64,000 nt of DNA from an uncultured Nitrososphaerales archaeon (GCA_963695855.1 CAVOHZ010000008.1:224001-288000), one strand, 5' to 3'. Positions 20,830 to 32,914 are shown, counted from the first letter of the stretch. Notes: generated by a model not told the origin, from the sequence alone. Translations and numbers: made by a program.

Positions 20830-21448
20830 TGAGTGCTGCGATACAGATAAGTCTTTTTATTAAATTTAATATGTGGACCGATTTTAGATCTTTAATTTTT
20901 TAGTTCTTTCTAAAGATGGATGTCAAATAGTTATAGATTTTTAATAAAACAATCCTCTTGGTTGTATCTTATTGATTAATGGAAGACTTGCTCTCAGTTA
21001 GGAATAGATTTTATGAATGAATTTAATGATCTTAAATCTTGTAATTATTGGCAATTTTTTTAAAATTGCCAGACATGAATTGTCTATTAAAACAGTATAA
21101 AATTTATTCCTTCGTATATTTTTATAACTATGGACTAAGGATATCTATCTACCTTATAATATGTTTTTGACCTTTTTAATAAATCGATAATTCTAAGAAA
21201 ATGAATTCCTATTGTACTTATCAGATCATTGAATTGTTTTATTCTATAACTATGTATCATTAATATCAACTACAAAGATATCTCAAGATATCGTTCCAAT
21301 AAATATTTAGATATAACCTTATCTAAATTAAATAATTCAAGACTATTAATATAAGTAATTATTATTTCTTGATGTTTAGATAGAGTTACCAAAAATTATG
21401 TAAATCTTTGACACAAAGCTTCTTTATTTGTAACTTAGCCTTTAAAAA

Positions 21449-21522
21449 TGGGCCGAAAGGGAGTTGAACCCTCGACCTTTCGATTATCAGTCGAACGCTC
21501 CACCAAGCTGAGCTATCGGCCC
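21449..21522 (-). tRNA. tRNA-Ile(GAT)
   Basis: Reverse complement GGGCCGATAGCTCAGCTTGGTGGAGCGTTCGACTGATAATCGAAAGGTCGAGGGTTCAACTCCCTTTCGGCCCA folds as a cloverleaf with anticodon GAT. Confidence 0.95.
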
Positions 21523-21684
21523 TCTATACAGATTATTATTTTGTTGGTGCTTTATTTCCGAGACAATTTAAATATTTATCTTGTGATTTTTATCTTGTGA
21601 TTTTCTAAAATATAGTCTCTCTTGCAGATAAAATTACTAAAATTTATATGAATAATAATGCATTTAAGACTATAAAATTGTAAT

Positions 21685-22515
21685 ATGATATTATTAATGA
21701 AAGATAAGATCCGTAACATCGCTATAATTACAAAAAATCGAAATGATCTTGCAGCTGAATTCGAGAAACGCATCACAAAAGTTTTGTTGGAAAAAAATAT
21801 CAAAGTATATTCATTTCCTCCTTTCGAAATATCTGGTACTCCTACAATACCTTTAAATTTTAAATCTGTTGAAGACGTTGATCTTATTATTTGTCTTGGT
21901 GGCGATGGAACTACTTTACGTGCATTTAGATTTTATCCAAGCAATATTCCCGTATTTAGTATTAATGTTGGCGGTACTAAAGGTATCTTATCAGAAATTA
22001 AAGTTGATTTAATTAGCAGTGCAATTGATGCACTTATAAAAGGTGATTATTTCTATGATGAAAGGTTAAGAATTCAAGTTTCTTCTGAAAACCAATTATT
22101 CCCTCCTGCATTAAATGATGTATTATTACTCAGGTCAAATCTTACACGAACACCGACATTTACTATAAAATATCGTGGAGACAAGATAGTTCAACGTATG
22201 GACGGAATCTTGATATCTACTCCGACAGGCTCTACAGGACATTGTGTATCTTTGGGTGGTCCAATCGTGCACGAGGAACTATATTGTTTAATTATCAATC
22301 CTATAGCCTCTATCAACAAGTTACCACAATTCATAATCCCTCCAGATGATATAGAAATCATTTGTAATAACAATGTAGACTTGATAGTGGATGGGCAAGA
22401 CAGATATTTAGTAGACGCAGAAGAACCAATTACCATAAAAAGATATGAAATTAATGCTAGATTTATTCGATTAAGAAAAAAAGGGTTAAGGCAACTTGAA
22501 AAACTCGGATTCTGA
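21685..22515 (+). CDS. nadK: NAD(+) kinase
   Basis: LGGDGTTL, ALND, DGILISTPTGSTG. Confidence 0.93.
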   Translation: MILLMKDKIRNIAIITKNRNDLAAEFEKRITKVLLEKNIKVYSFPPFEISGTPTIPLNFKSVEDVDLIICLGGDGTTLRAFRFYPSNIPVFSINVGGTKGILSEIKVDLISSAIDALIKGDYFYDERLRIQVSSENQLFPPALNDVLLLRSNLTRTPTFTIKYRGDKIVQRMDGILISTPTGSTGHCVSLGGPIVHEELYCLIINPIASINKLPQFIIPPDDIEIICNNNVDLIVDGQDRYLVDAEEPITIKRYEINARFIRLRKKGLRQLEKLGF

Positions 22516-22993
22516 AGCATTTGTATTGGATTCTAGTGCTTTTTATTCTGGATTTCATCTTTCAAATGTTAAAAAATATTACACTACTCCATTGATCCTT
22601 GATGAAGTTCGTCATTTAACGAATTTGACTTCGAGTTATGATGCGTTAATTATTTCAGAATCATTGTTCGAACTGGAACCAAATGTTAAATCCGTTTCAA
22701 TGACGAGAACTACTGCCTTTAGTTCTGGAGACATTGATAGACTTTCTGATGCGGATATTTCAATTATTTCTCTATCTTATCAATTAGGCTATCCATTAGT
22801 TTCAGATGATTATTGTGTTCAAAATGTATCGAAGATCATGGGTATTAAGATCATTTCTCTAGGTATATCTGAAATCTCAAAAATCCGGAAATGGATTAAT
22901 TTTTGTAAAACTTGTGGTAAAGGTTATTCACCTAAAATAACTGAATGTACAATTTGTGGTAACAAAACTAGAAGAAGATATAAAAATAGGTAA
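22496..22993 (+). CDS. nob1: Nob1-like PIN endonuclease with zinc ribbon
   Basis: VLDSSAF, LSDADIS, SDDYCVQNV, CKTC..CTICG. Confidence 0.88.
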   Translation: MKNSDSEAFVLDSSAFYSGFHLSNVKKYYTTPLILDEVRHLTNLTSSYDALIISESLFELEPNVKSVSMTRTTAFSSGDIDRLSDADISIISLSYQLGYPLVSDDYCVQNVSKIMGIKIISLGISEISKIRKWINFCKTCGKGYSPKITECTICGNKTRRRYKNR

Positions 22994-23119
22994 TTTGATA
23001 TTTTAAATATTCTAGAACTTGAATTAAAGTTTCTTGTTTTTAAGGCATTGTTATGACTTCCATGGGAGCGGATAAGAAGAAAATATTAGCATACGATTTT
23101 TCTATAATATTTTTTCTAG

Positions 23120-25009
23120 TTGATTTATTTATTAGAATATAATCTTCTTATTTGTCTGCAGTTGGTAAGTTTCTCTATAATAAAAAACAATTTTTCTTTT
23201 CTTTTGATAATTATAATAATCGGTATTGGTTTTCTTTCCATAATATCCTATCAGTCGGCTTCATTTACTGCAGATGAGATAAAAAAGATTGCTCAGGACG
23301 ATATCCGTTCTAATGCAAGAATACAGACTTATGACCTTTCAAGGATTCTTGTTCATAGTTTAGACTCGATTATTTCAAATCTAGAACTCTTAACTTCTTC
23401 CCCCTTGATTTTGCAAAACGATCTTGACCAGATTCAAAACCTTCTTTATACTGCACAGCTATCAACCTTGAAAATAACTGATGCGTATTATTGGATGGAT
23501 ATTAATGGTAGGATAGTTAGCTCTAGCAAAATATATCAAGGAGAAGACCTCAATACAAATCTAAACCTTCAAAATCAACCTTTTTTTCTATACCCAAAGA
23601 AGACACTATCTCCTTACTACAGTACTTCAATCAAGTCAGAAGATAGTCCTTCCTCTTTTTTATACATTTCATACCCTTTATTAAAACAACAAATATTAAA
23701 ACATCAAAATGAAACCTATAGCATAAGACAGACATTTGATGGGGTAATTGTTGCCGCAATAAGTGTAAAATCCTTAGGTATATTTTTACAAAATGAAATG
23801 GTGTCTTCTATTATCGGTAATGTTGGTTTAATGGATAGAAATGGTGTGATAATCTATGCTAGAAATCAGGCTCTAATAGGCAACAATTATCTTTCCACTG
23901 AATTTCAATCTTTAATTCCAGAGAATCTCAGGGGAGATTATAATAGTATTCTTAAGAAAGGTCTTGAAGGAAAATCCCTTGCGGAAGATTTAGTGTATAA
24001 TGGAACTACAGTAACCTTATCATACGAACCAATAGTAATTAGTGATAAATACCTGTGGACATTATATGTTAGTTTTCCACATCAGCTTGCCAGTAACGTA
24101 GGATCTCTGATAGCTCAACAAAATAATTTCAGTACTCTGATAGTTGTAATCACTGGGTCAGTCACCGTTGGAATAATATATCTAATTCTTTCCTGGAACA
24201 GGCGATTAGAGGGAGAAGTTAGTACTAGAACGTCACAATTAGAAAATATCAATCTGTCTTTGGTGGAGTCAAATAGGCTTTTGGAAGAAGCTAATGAACA
24301 GCTAAAGGTACACGATAAAATGCAAAAAGAATTCATTAACATTGCAGCTCATGAATTACGAACCCCTATAATGCCTATTCTAGGAGAGGTCGAGTTAATA
24401 GAAGAAGACCTTGATCCTGAGGACAAGACTGTAACAGTTCAAGAAGAACAAATTAAATTAATCATTAGGAATGCAAAACGGTTAGATAGATTAGCTTCTG
24501 ACATCCTCGACGTAACTAGGATCGAAAGCAATTCTTTAGTCCTTCAAAAAGATTACTTTGATCTTAATGATATTCTTTCTGATTCCATCAAAGATATCCA
24601 GAAGCGTATATCTTCCGGAGATGGTATTGCCAAAAATATTAAAGCTATCTATCAGCCAATTAATGTGAAGATTTTTGGAGATAAGGAGAGGATAAACCAA
24701 GTAATTAGTAATTTATTGAGTAACGCATTGAAATTTACAGAAAAAGGTTTTATTAAAATCAGTGTTACTAAGAAAGATCAGGATGTACTTATTAGTGTTG
24801 AAGATACGGGCACTGGAATAGATGCGGAGATTTATCCTCGTCTATTTTGTAAATTTGCTACAAAGTCTGATAAAGGTACTGGATTGGGTCTGTATATTTC
24901 TAAAAATATAGTTGATGCACATCACGGTAAAATATGGGCTCAGAACAATCCTAACGGCAGAGGAGCTACTTTTTTCTTCAAGCTTCCACTAGATGATAAA
25001 ACTGGTTAA
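23120..25009 (+). CDS. membrane sensor histidine kinase (Cache-like extracellular domain)
   Basis: Two TM helices; AAHELRTP H-box, NLLSNALKF, DTGTG, GTGLGL. Confidence 0.93.
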   Translation: MIYLLEYNLLICLQLVSFSIIKNNFSFLLIIIIIGIGFLSIISYQSASFTADEIKKIAQDDIRSNARIQTYDLSRILVHSLDSIISNLELLTSSPLILQNDLDQIQNLLYTAQLSTLKITDAYYWMDINGRIVSSSKIYQGEDLNTNLNLQNQPFFLYPKKTLSPYYSTSIKSEDSPSSFLYISYPLLKQQILKHQNETYSIRQTFDGVIVAAISVKSLGIFLQNEMVSSIIGNVGLMDRNGVIIYARNQALIGNNYLSTEFQSLIPENLRGDYNSILKKGLEGKSLAEDLVYNGTTVTLSYEPIVISDKYLWTLYVSFPHQLASNVGSLIAQQNNFSTLIVVITGSVTVGIIYLILSWNRRLEGEVSTRTSQLENINLSLVESNRLLEEANEQLKVHDKMQKEFINIAAHELRTPIMPILGEVELIEEDLDPEDKTVTVQEEQIKLIIRNAKRLDRLASDILDVTRIESNSLVLQKDYFDLNDILSDSIKDIQKRISSGDGIAKNIKAIYQPINVKIFGDKERINQVISNLLSNALKFTEKGFIKISVTKKDQDVLISVEDTGTGIDAEIYPRLFCKFATKSDKGTGLGLYISKNIVDAHHGKIWAQNNPNGRGATFFFKLPLDDKTG

Positions 25010-25236
25010 TGTTTAAGAAATTTTTAGGTTTTCATTTTTATACTTTGATTTAAAAACAATATAATATTTTTATCTTTAAAAATCTTTCAATAACAAGATA
25101 TATCAAATTTCAATTATACTCTTATCTGCATTAATCTTCTAATATTATTTTTCATATTATTTTCCATTCAAATATAATCACAGATTGCTATGGATTGAAC
25201 TATCCATAATCAAATATATTTATTTAGAACTAGATA

Positions 25237-25713
25237 TTGCAAGCAAAAATGAATTTACAGATTTTATTTATAAGTGGGCTTGTTTGTACATTCATTTTTC
25301 TATCATCATTTACAAAATTTGCATTTGCTGAGGATTTTCCCGTTATTTTCGCATATGTAGAACAGTATCTTCCATCGAAATACAGCCAATCACATCTCTC
25401 ATTCATGATAAATAATGCATTGGGTGGTTCAGCTTCATACGTTTCTAATAGTGAATCCCATGAAACATTTAAAGAACAGTATCTTCCATCGAAATACAGC
25501 CAATCACATCTCTCATTCATGATAAATAATGCATTGGGTGGTTCAGCTTCATACGTTTCTAATAGTGAATCCCATGAAACATTTAAAGAACAATTCATCT
25601 CAATTGAATCGTTGGACGATAATAATAAAATGATCTTTGAAGATCCATCTCAAGAATTAACGTCTCTTAGTACTAATAGTGCACCATTTATTCTTCCAGT
25701 ACCCTTTCCCTAA
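25237..25713 (+). CDS. secreted hypothetical protein with internal 38-aa duplication
   Basis: Signal-peptide-like N-terminus; ends APFILPVPFP. Confidence 0.65.
   Translation: MQAKMNLQILFISGLVCTFIFLSSFTKFAFAEDFPVIFAYVEQYLPSKYSQSHLSFMINNALGGSASYVSNSESHETFKEQYLPSKYSQSHLSFMINNALGGSASYVSNSESHETFKEQFISIESLDDNNKMIFEDPSQELTSLSTNSAPFILPVPFP
25359..25592. repeat. 114-bp perfect tandem duplication
   Basis: agaacagtatcttccatcg... begins at 25359 and again at 25473. Confidence 0.95.
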
Positions 25714-25796
25714 TATATTTTAGGGCAGTTAAAAATAGAAACAAATTGAATATAACTATTAAGAATATATATCTGAATTGTATTTTTTTTGATATT

Positions 25797-25871
25797 GCGA
25801 GGTTAGCCTAGGCCGGTTAGGGTACGAGCTTCCCAAGCTCGGGGTCGCGGGTTCAAATCCCGCATCTCGCA
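25797..25871 (+). tRNA. tRNA-Gly(CCC)
   Basis: GCGAGGT...CGAGC-TTCCCAA-GCTCG...GGTTCAAATCC...ATCTCGCA cloverleaf. Confidence 0.95.
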
Positions 25872-27194
25872 TATCGCAAAATAAACAACATGTTCATAAT
25901 CATCCTAAATAATCAAAGCTTTTTTTCTTTTAACCAAAGTCGATATTTTTAAGTATTACTAACAAGTAAAATACAAAAATATAGACGGGTGTAAGTATAA
26001 TTAAGTTCCTCTAGTTGTATTTAAATTTAAAATAATATAACTCAAAGTGAAATTTGATATTATTTTTGATAACTTTTTAGACATATTTTAATCTATCATA
26101 CCACGAATCATATGTTAGCTTACATCTCCTAACAGATAGTTTTTTATATCTAGATCAAATATTTTCTTCTAAGATATTTACATATTTTATTTCTGAAACC
26201 TGTAGCTGATGAATAGGCTGTTAAATGGTTTGGAGTACAAGAAGGAAAACGTGCTAGAATACATGCTGAGAACGATTCTCAAATTTTTAATAATGACTTT
26301 CCCGGTTTGATCATACTTGTAAAAACAACTGTTATTGTTGCTGTAGGTTCATATGCATTATACAAAATTTTAATAAACAGAAGAAAGTCCCATCATTCCA
26401 AATCAAAAAAATAATAATAATAATTTAGTCAATTGATAAAAAAAATTTAGAAATCACATCCTAGTACTGATATCAATTGCATTTTTGAGTCCATAAGAAA
26501 AGCCCTGAATTTTCAAATTATTTTTTTGCGAATTAAATTGAAAAGAATTATTGTGCTTTATTAAGATTGTCAATATAAATAGAAATATGTCCTAGCATAT
26601 TAAACTAGATTATATGGTTTCCAAGAGAAGATATGGCAAACCAATTGTAATAGATAAAATTTCTCAAATAATTAAAACAGATCGGCATTTATTTTTATAG
26701 ATGATGTCATATAGGTTTATGCTGAAACACAATTCATTATTACGTAAAATTCCAAATCGGATACAATATCAAATATCACAAAATATCCTTTTAATCTGTT
26801 ACTGTTGTGTAGCAATTATAGATTAATGCCTATAGCGATGCAAAATAACAGTGTAATGTTTTAGTAATTAAGAAAATAATATTTAAAAAGTATTTTTATA
26901 TTTAATCATGTATAACAAATAAGAAGAAATTTTAGTTTCTTATTTTGTCTATTATACTCATTAACATTACTCTATCTGTTTTAACGTGATTTAGACATCA
27001 TTATTATTTCTATTTCTTTTTTGTGTATTACAGTGTGTTTAATTCTGTGATTACAATGGGGTAGTTAATTGATTCATAGTTTTTGTTTGTTTGTTCACAT
27101 CTAGTGATGCTTAAGAACTAATAAGAAGAACAAGGAAAAAAAGTTAAACTCTCAGTATAATAAATCATTATATGTATGTTTTCGTACATACACT

Positions 27195-27644
27195 ATGATG
27201 ATCAGGGTTAGTTTATCTAATATTCATTTTTCTCGTTGTAGCAGTAATGATAAGAATAATGCTGACTTTGAAGAAAATAAGCACTTGGAGTCATCAAAAG
27301 ACACTGTGACTAAAAACATTATATTTAATGATTTATGCCCCATTTGGTCTAAAAAACTATCTTCAGGATTGGATAGAGTGGATAAATTCATGATTGAGCG
27401 GGATTCAAAGTATTGTGTTGTAGGTGAAGCGTGGAAATTTTCAGGAAAATATACCGGATATTATTTAGCATTTTTAATTCCGCTTGTTGGATGCTGGACG
27501 TGTATACAGTACGCACGTAAATTTGCAAAGATTTCAAAGAATAAAAATATAAAAGAAGATGTAACAAGAAGCGATTTTGAACCTTTAATTGAATATTTTA
27601 TAAACCATTGGAATGAAAAACATATTAATAAAATAAAAATATAA
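27195..27644 (+). CDS. hypothetical protein (Cys/Trp motifs: LCPIWS, YCVVGEAW, CWTC, HWNEKH)
   Basis: 149-aa ORF with protein-like composition. Confidence 0.65.
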   Translation: MMIRVSLSNIHFSRCSSNDKNNADFEENKHLESSKDTVTKNIIFNDLCPIWSKKLSSGLDRVDKFMIERDSKYCVVGEAWKFSGKYTGYYLAFLIPLVGCWTCIQYARKFAKISKNKNIKEDVTRSDFEPLIEYFINHWNEKHINKIKI

Positions 27645-29032
27645 AAAATAAAGGATAATACAAAGTAAGAAAATAAAAATGCTGTAGTAGGTTAATACAT
27701 ATGATAACTACAATGATCATACCCAAAGAAGGAATAAATGAATGTTTGAATGACCTTATTCTTATAGAAGGTTCGATTGGTATAAAGAGAAAGTTCAAAA
27801 AATGGTTATTTAAAATGTTTTTGTTAGAAATATTACGAAATATTTTTATGTTGATTCTTTGAGGATTAAATTAATAGTTATACTCATTCACCCTAGCCCC
27901 AAGATTTTACTATTAAAGTTAAAATGCAAAGAGAGAACATGTACCATAATTTTCAATGTACCTATTATAACAGATATTCATGAATAATGGTTCCAAATCA
28001 ATATTATGAATCAATACTAGAATTTTTGGTATCGAAACTTATGGTAATAAATACGGATTATTTCTAGTTAAATTTCTATAATATTATAAATCGATCAGTT
28101 TCTAAAAAAATTAAAAATATTAAAAAAAGTATTTAATATATACAAATCATGAAGAATGAGAAATCTGCAATACTTGTACAACAACGATGACGATGAAGCA
28201 ATGGATAAAGCCTTAAATAATAAAAAAGTAGATCACCCAAAATAATTAGGCGGCTACTCCCTATCAATACTGGACCTGTATTCCAATATCTTGAAAGACC
28301 ATATTATAACGAGTTTTTCCATTAACCTGGATCGTTTGCTTATTTAGAAAAGGCTTTGTAATCAAAATGTAGATCATTGTATTGGAATTACAAATTCAAT
28401 AAGTTTTTTTTTCCGAACTCAAAATACCCGAACCCAAGAAAATTATTGACCCGGTAGGGTAACATCGATATTCATAAACAGAAGGGAAATGTACTATGAA
28501 TATAACGAAATAGCTGTCTACCGTTGTTGCTGCATTTGATAACGTGATTATAGTTATAATTTTTTCTGTGACTGATATTTATTGACAGACAAAAGCGAGT
28601 ACTTTTTTAGATTGTTATTCTGAAAACACGGCTATTCTTGTGTTCATTAGTATCTACGACATCATCTCGTTTCCATGATTTTTGCAACCAAAATATAAGA
28701 TAAAATTATCCGAAAATTATCTGGGTTACTGCCTGGGCTTGATGTTATGAAGGAATCGAATTTTCTGAAAAAGAAAAAAGAAAAGATATCGAGTTTAAAC
28801 ATGAATTTAATTTTACTAAATATCTTAATTAATTTAATTACAAAGATCATAGCGATATGCTATTTTTAGTAATTATGGTGTAGATTTATTAAATTACAAA
28901 ATCGTTATCATATATATTATAAAATATATGAATACTGGATCCAAGTTTAAAGATGAATCATAAAATAAACCATAAATTCAGATACAAAAATCATAGGAAA
29001 TACTATATATATATATTTAGATTGGATATTGA

Positions 29033-30430
29033 TTGTATGAGATATCAATGTATGATGGTGGATCAGATCATCTAGGAGTTGAAGATCTAAAAGTCATACA
29101 TGATTCTAATGTTATTATGAAAAAATATATAGAAATTCTAAAGTCAGCTGCCAGTGAAATACATTGGACCTATCACAATAGTAATACAATTTCTTATCGG
29201 AGAAGCGGAATATTCGAAATATTAAGATCTCTTAAAAAGAGCATTAGAGTTCAAATGTTAATCCAAAAAACTGAGTCTAATAAATCAATTAATCCAGAAA
29301 TAGACAATAAATATAACAAGAGTATAGAAGTTAGAGTAATAGAGGGAATTCCAACTTCTTCTGCTGCTTCATTCTTTGTGGTTGATAGAAGTTTAGTATT
29401 CATAGTCATATTAAAAAATAATATTAGTAATAACTTTTCTGAAAATATTGATTCTGCGATTCTTACTACTAGAAGCTATATCGTTGCTTCTTATCATTAT
29501 ATATTTGATTTACTCTGGCATCAAACAGATTTACATCAACACATACAAGAAAAGAATTTGCAACTAGAAAGAAAAAATGAAGAATTAATTGATCTTTATT
29601 CTGACTTGCATATGTCATTTGAGGCTCTTGCTAAAACAAATAAGAATCTCCAATCAGCCTATAAAGAGATTGAAATACAAAAGAACAAACAAATAGAGTT
29701 CTTCAACATGGCAGCTCACGAACTTAGAACCCCTACTCAGTCAATTATAGGATATATTGAAATGATAAAGAATTTTCCACATAACCTTCCAAAATATCTT
29801 GAACCATTAGATAGAAATTTAAACAGACTTTACAGATTGACAGAAGACCTTTTTTATATAGCAAAAATAGAAAGCGATAATCTAAATTTATATAAGAGAA
29901 ATTTTGATATTATTCAATTAGTAAATGAAACACTGACAGATTTCATCAGTGAGCCCGACAGTAAAAATAATAATAACGATTTTAAATTATTACTATGTTA
30001 CAATGATTATGATTATCATATCCATAATAAGGACAAAATAAATGATAACAATAAATTAGATAAAAAAGGAAAACAATTATTTGTAAATGCTGATAGAGAC
30101 AGAATACAACAAGTTTTATATAATTTATTAAATAATTCAAATAGATTTACAGAAAATGGTAACATTATTATCAAAATAAGAAAACAAGAATCAGATAATG
30201 ATGAAATATCAGTAAGTATACAGGATAACGGTAAGGGAATCGATCCTGAAATATTGCCAAGACTATTTACAAAATTTACGAGTACTTCTAAATATGAGGG
30301 TGGAACTGGACTTGGTTTATACATATCAAAGAAGATTATTGAAGAACATGGTGGCAAAATATGGGGTAGAAATAACCCTAACGGTATGGGTCAAGGTGCA
30401 GAATTTGGCTTTTTATTGCCATTGGTCTAA
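29033..30430 (+). CDS. cytoplasmic sensor histidine kinase
   Basis: AAHELRTPTQ, NLLNNSNRF, DNGKG, GTGLGL; coiled coil before the H-box. Confidence 0.92.
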   Translation: MYEISMYDGGSDHLGVEDLKVIHDSNVIMKKYIEILKSAASEIHWTYHNSNTISYRRSGIFEILRSLKKSIRVQMLIQKTESNKSINPEIDNKYNKSIEVRVIEGIPTSSAASFFVVDRSLVFIVILKNNISNNFSENIDSAILTTRSYIVASYHYIFDLLWHQTDLHQHIQEKNLQLERKNEELIDLYSDLHMSFEALAKTNKNLQSAYKEIEIQKNKQIEFFNMAAHELRTPTQSIIGYIEMIKNFPHNLPKYLEPLDRNLNRLYRLTEDLFYIAKIESDNLNLYKRNFDIIQLVNETLTDFISEPDSKNNNNDFKLLLCYNDYDYHIHNKDKINDNNKLDKKGKQLFVNADRDRIQQVLYNLLNNSNRFTENGNIIIKIRKQESDNDEISVSIQDNGKGIDPEILPRLFTKFTSTSKYEGGTGLGLYISKKIIEEHGGKIWGRNNPNGMGQGAEFGFLLPLV

Positions 30431-30511
30431 CCAATTGAGTAAAAAATAATAATTTCGCTATTTTGCACACAGTTAGTATGTATAAATAAGATAAATGTAA
30501 CTGACCAAAAA

Positions 30512-30850
30512 TTATAAGTTCCTCTTTAGAAGTTTGTTATATCTCTCTCGAGCTTCATTTACACGTTCTTCGAATGGGACAATACCTGTACTTGAAAGAT
30601 TCTCTAACAATCCCATTTTTTTATAAAGAATAGTTATTATCCTTCTTTCAATGATTAATTTGCCACCATCTATTACATGATTTAATGCTTCGTCAAGTAG
30701 ATATGGTTTATCAGCTGTTTTGGTAATATCAACAGAGTATTTATGTGCTAAATAATCTGTTACTATTTTTGAGACAATATCACCCAATATTTTTATCGCA
30801 TTACCTACAGATTCTGCATAAACTTCTTCAAAGGAAATATTTTTAGACAT
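30512..30850 (-). CDS. small helical protein (DUF3227/thaumarchaeal output-domain-like)
   Basis: AIKILGD...KPYLLDEALNHVIDGGKLIIERRII pattern; directly downstream of kaiC-like gene. Confidence 0.6.
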   Translation of the reverse strand: MSKNISFEEVYAESVGNAIKILGDIVSKIVTDYLAHKYSVDITKTADKPYLLDEALNHVIDGGKLIIERRIITILYKKMGLLENLSSTGIVPFEERVNEARERYNKLLKRNL

Positions 30851-30941
30851 GAATCATAAATCACTTATTTTAAGTTAGATTCATTAGCAGTCAAAGTTAC
30901 TGAGAATATTGAAACTTTATTTTTTGTTCTTGTTAATATTA

Positions 30942-32525
30942 TCATTTGTAAATTGCTTTCCTACCTTTATTTTTCATATTTTTTCTTTCTTTCCTATTTC
31001 TTTCAGATCTATTGGAAGTTTTTGCTGTCTTTTTTCGCCTCTTCATATTCTCCTCAAATTTTATCTTTTGTTCCTCATCAGCAGAAGGTTGATAGGTTTT
31101 CTGAGCAATACCACTCATAATACCTGTATATTTTTTCATTGGACCTATTATTTTTATTCCTCTATCACCCACAATCATAAATGCTATGATTGACTGGTCG
31201 TGATTGGAACCTCTCATTTTCAATATCAATAACGAGCGCTTTATTTGTGATTCTAACTCGAAATATCTAAGAACAATGATATTTTGAAAAATAGACGATA
31301 AACCAAGTGAAGTTACATTAATACCTGGCTGCTGGGGTTGTAGAATGGTTATTATAGAAGTGATTTCTTTTCTCCGAAATAGATTAGATAGTCTTTTTGC
31401 GATTAAATAGATTTCTTCATTAGATGAATATTTGAATCCCGACAATCCATCTACCACTATACGTGAAGGTTTTATAGTATCTATATTAGATGCTAATTCT
31501 GAAATAAATGCATCTTGACTCTGATTTTCTGGGATCCAAGATAGTATATGCAGTCCTTTTTTTTCGAGGTTCTTCACATCGTAACCAATGGATTGACCAC
31601 TAGTTCTAATGTCATTACATGATTCTTCAAGAGAACAAAATAAGCCAATCTGACCATCAAGAACTCCCTCCGCAACAAACTGAAATCCAAAAGTAGTTTT
31701 ACCTGTACCGGACGCGCCAACCAATGCTGTTGTAGAATACTTGAAAAGTCCTCCGTCAGTTCTTTCATCTAAACCTGAAATACCAGTTCTAATTCTATCG
31801 GTTGAAACTGGGAGAGTAATATTTAGTGGTTGTTTTGGATATAGTACCATACCTTTTTCTTTAATAACACATACATGAGCTTCCCTAATTATCGATGTAG
31901 ACCTCATTTTAATTACCCTCAAAATAATAGGAACTGTCTGCGTAAAACCATGTTCAAGTTGTATAATACCATCAGCCACAAATTCCTCCATTCCTGAACC
32001 TATGCCCTTGCTTCCAAAAGGAATCTCTACTATCAGTATATTTGTTACACCTTCAGCTCGTAACATCTTTCCTAAAACAACCTGCAAGGCAATTCTAGAC
32101 TCGATAATATTTTCAAAAGCAAGTTGTATTACAGAAAAGGAATCAATTACTAATCTTTTACAATCGATACTTCTACAAGTTTCAATAATTTGTTCTAGTG
32201 CATCTGCTATACCTTCCTTTGTTACAGCAGAAAAGTCTAAGAATGCAAATTTATTATCTTTCTCAAAATCTCTAAAATTCATTCCAAATCGCTCAAAATT
32301 ATCGTAGTATTGAGTTTTAGACTCACTGAATGAAACGTATACACTACTTTCCCTACGTGTTAACCCTTCATAAAGAAAGTGAGATCCAAGTATAGTTTTA
32401 CCTGTACCTGGATTACCTGCTAATAAAACCGTAAACCCTTTTGGTATTCCACCCTCAATGAGTGTATCAAGATTACTTATACCTGACGATAGGCGTTCGA
32501 CCAATATTTTTTGATAAAATAACAA
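30942..32525 (-). CDS. kaiC: double-domain KaiC-like ATPase
   Basis: Two Walker A motifs (GNPGTGKT, GASGTGKT), KMRS and KMRG fingers, YTGIMSG tail. Confidence 0.85.
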   Translation of the reverse strand: MLFYQKILVERLSSGISNLDTLIEGGIPKGFTVLLAGNPGTGKTILGSHFLYEGLTRRESSVYVSFSESKTQYYDNFERFGMNFRDFEKDNKFAFLDFSAVTKEGIADALEQIIETCRSIDCKRLVIDSFSVIQLAFENIIESRIALQVVLGKMLRAEGVTNILIVEIPFGSKGIGSGMEEFVADGIIQLEHGFTQTVPIILRVIKMRSTSIIREAHVCVIKEKGMVLYPKQPLNITLPVSTDRIRTGISGLDERTDGGLFKYSTTALVGASGTGKTTFGFQFVAEGVLDGQIGLFCSLEESCNDIRTSGQSIGYDVKNLEKKGLHILSWIPENQSQDAFISELASNIDTIKPSRIVVDGLSGFKYSSNEEIYLIAKRLSNLFRRKEITSIITILQPQQPGINVTSLGLSSIFQNIIVLRYFELESQIKRSLLILKMRGSNHDQSIIAFMIVGDRGIKIIGPMKKYTGIMSGIAQKTYQPSADEEQKIKFEENMKRRKKTAKTSNRSERNRKERKNMKNKGRKAIYK

Positions 32526-32914
32526 ACTATTAAGAGTTTGTTTATCCTATATCCTAAACTGCTAAGATTATAGATATTTAATATTCGTGTATTTTAATGG
32601 ATGTTGTAATAATAATATTATTTGAATTATTATTAACAGGATCCAGACCTTTTGAAGTAGCTATAATATCTTCTATAACTGCTTCTTCTATATCCTATTT
32701 AGCAATAAATATAATCTCAAAACGTATCAAAATCTTCTCATCATTAAAGAAGAATACTCAAAAATGAAATTAATGCCAAAGATATCTTAGAATTAGAAAT
32801 AAAAAGTTTCCAATTGTTGGAAAACTTAAACAATAAAAAAACTGTACTTAAAGAATGTGATTATGCACTAGATACTATTACATTAGTTTATATATATAGG
32901 TAACTTATGCATTA

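Noticed and set aside
25230-25598. Minus-strand repeated ORF
   Set aside because: Shadow of the 114-bp duplication; the plus-strand ORF has the signal peptide
26190-28360. Coding-like fragments near 26200-26415 and 28250-28350
   Set aside because: Interrupted by stops and too short to assign by eye
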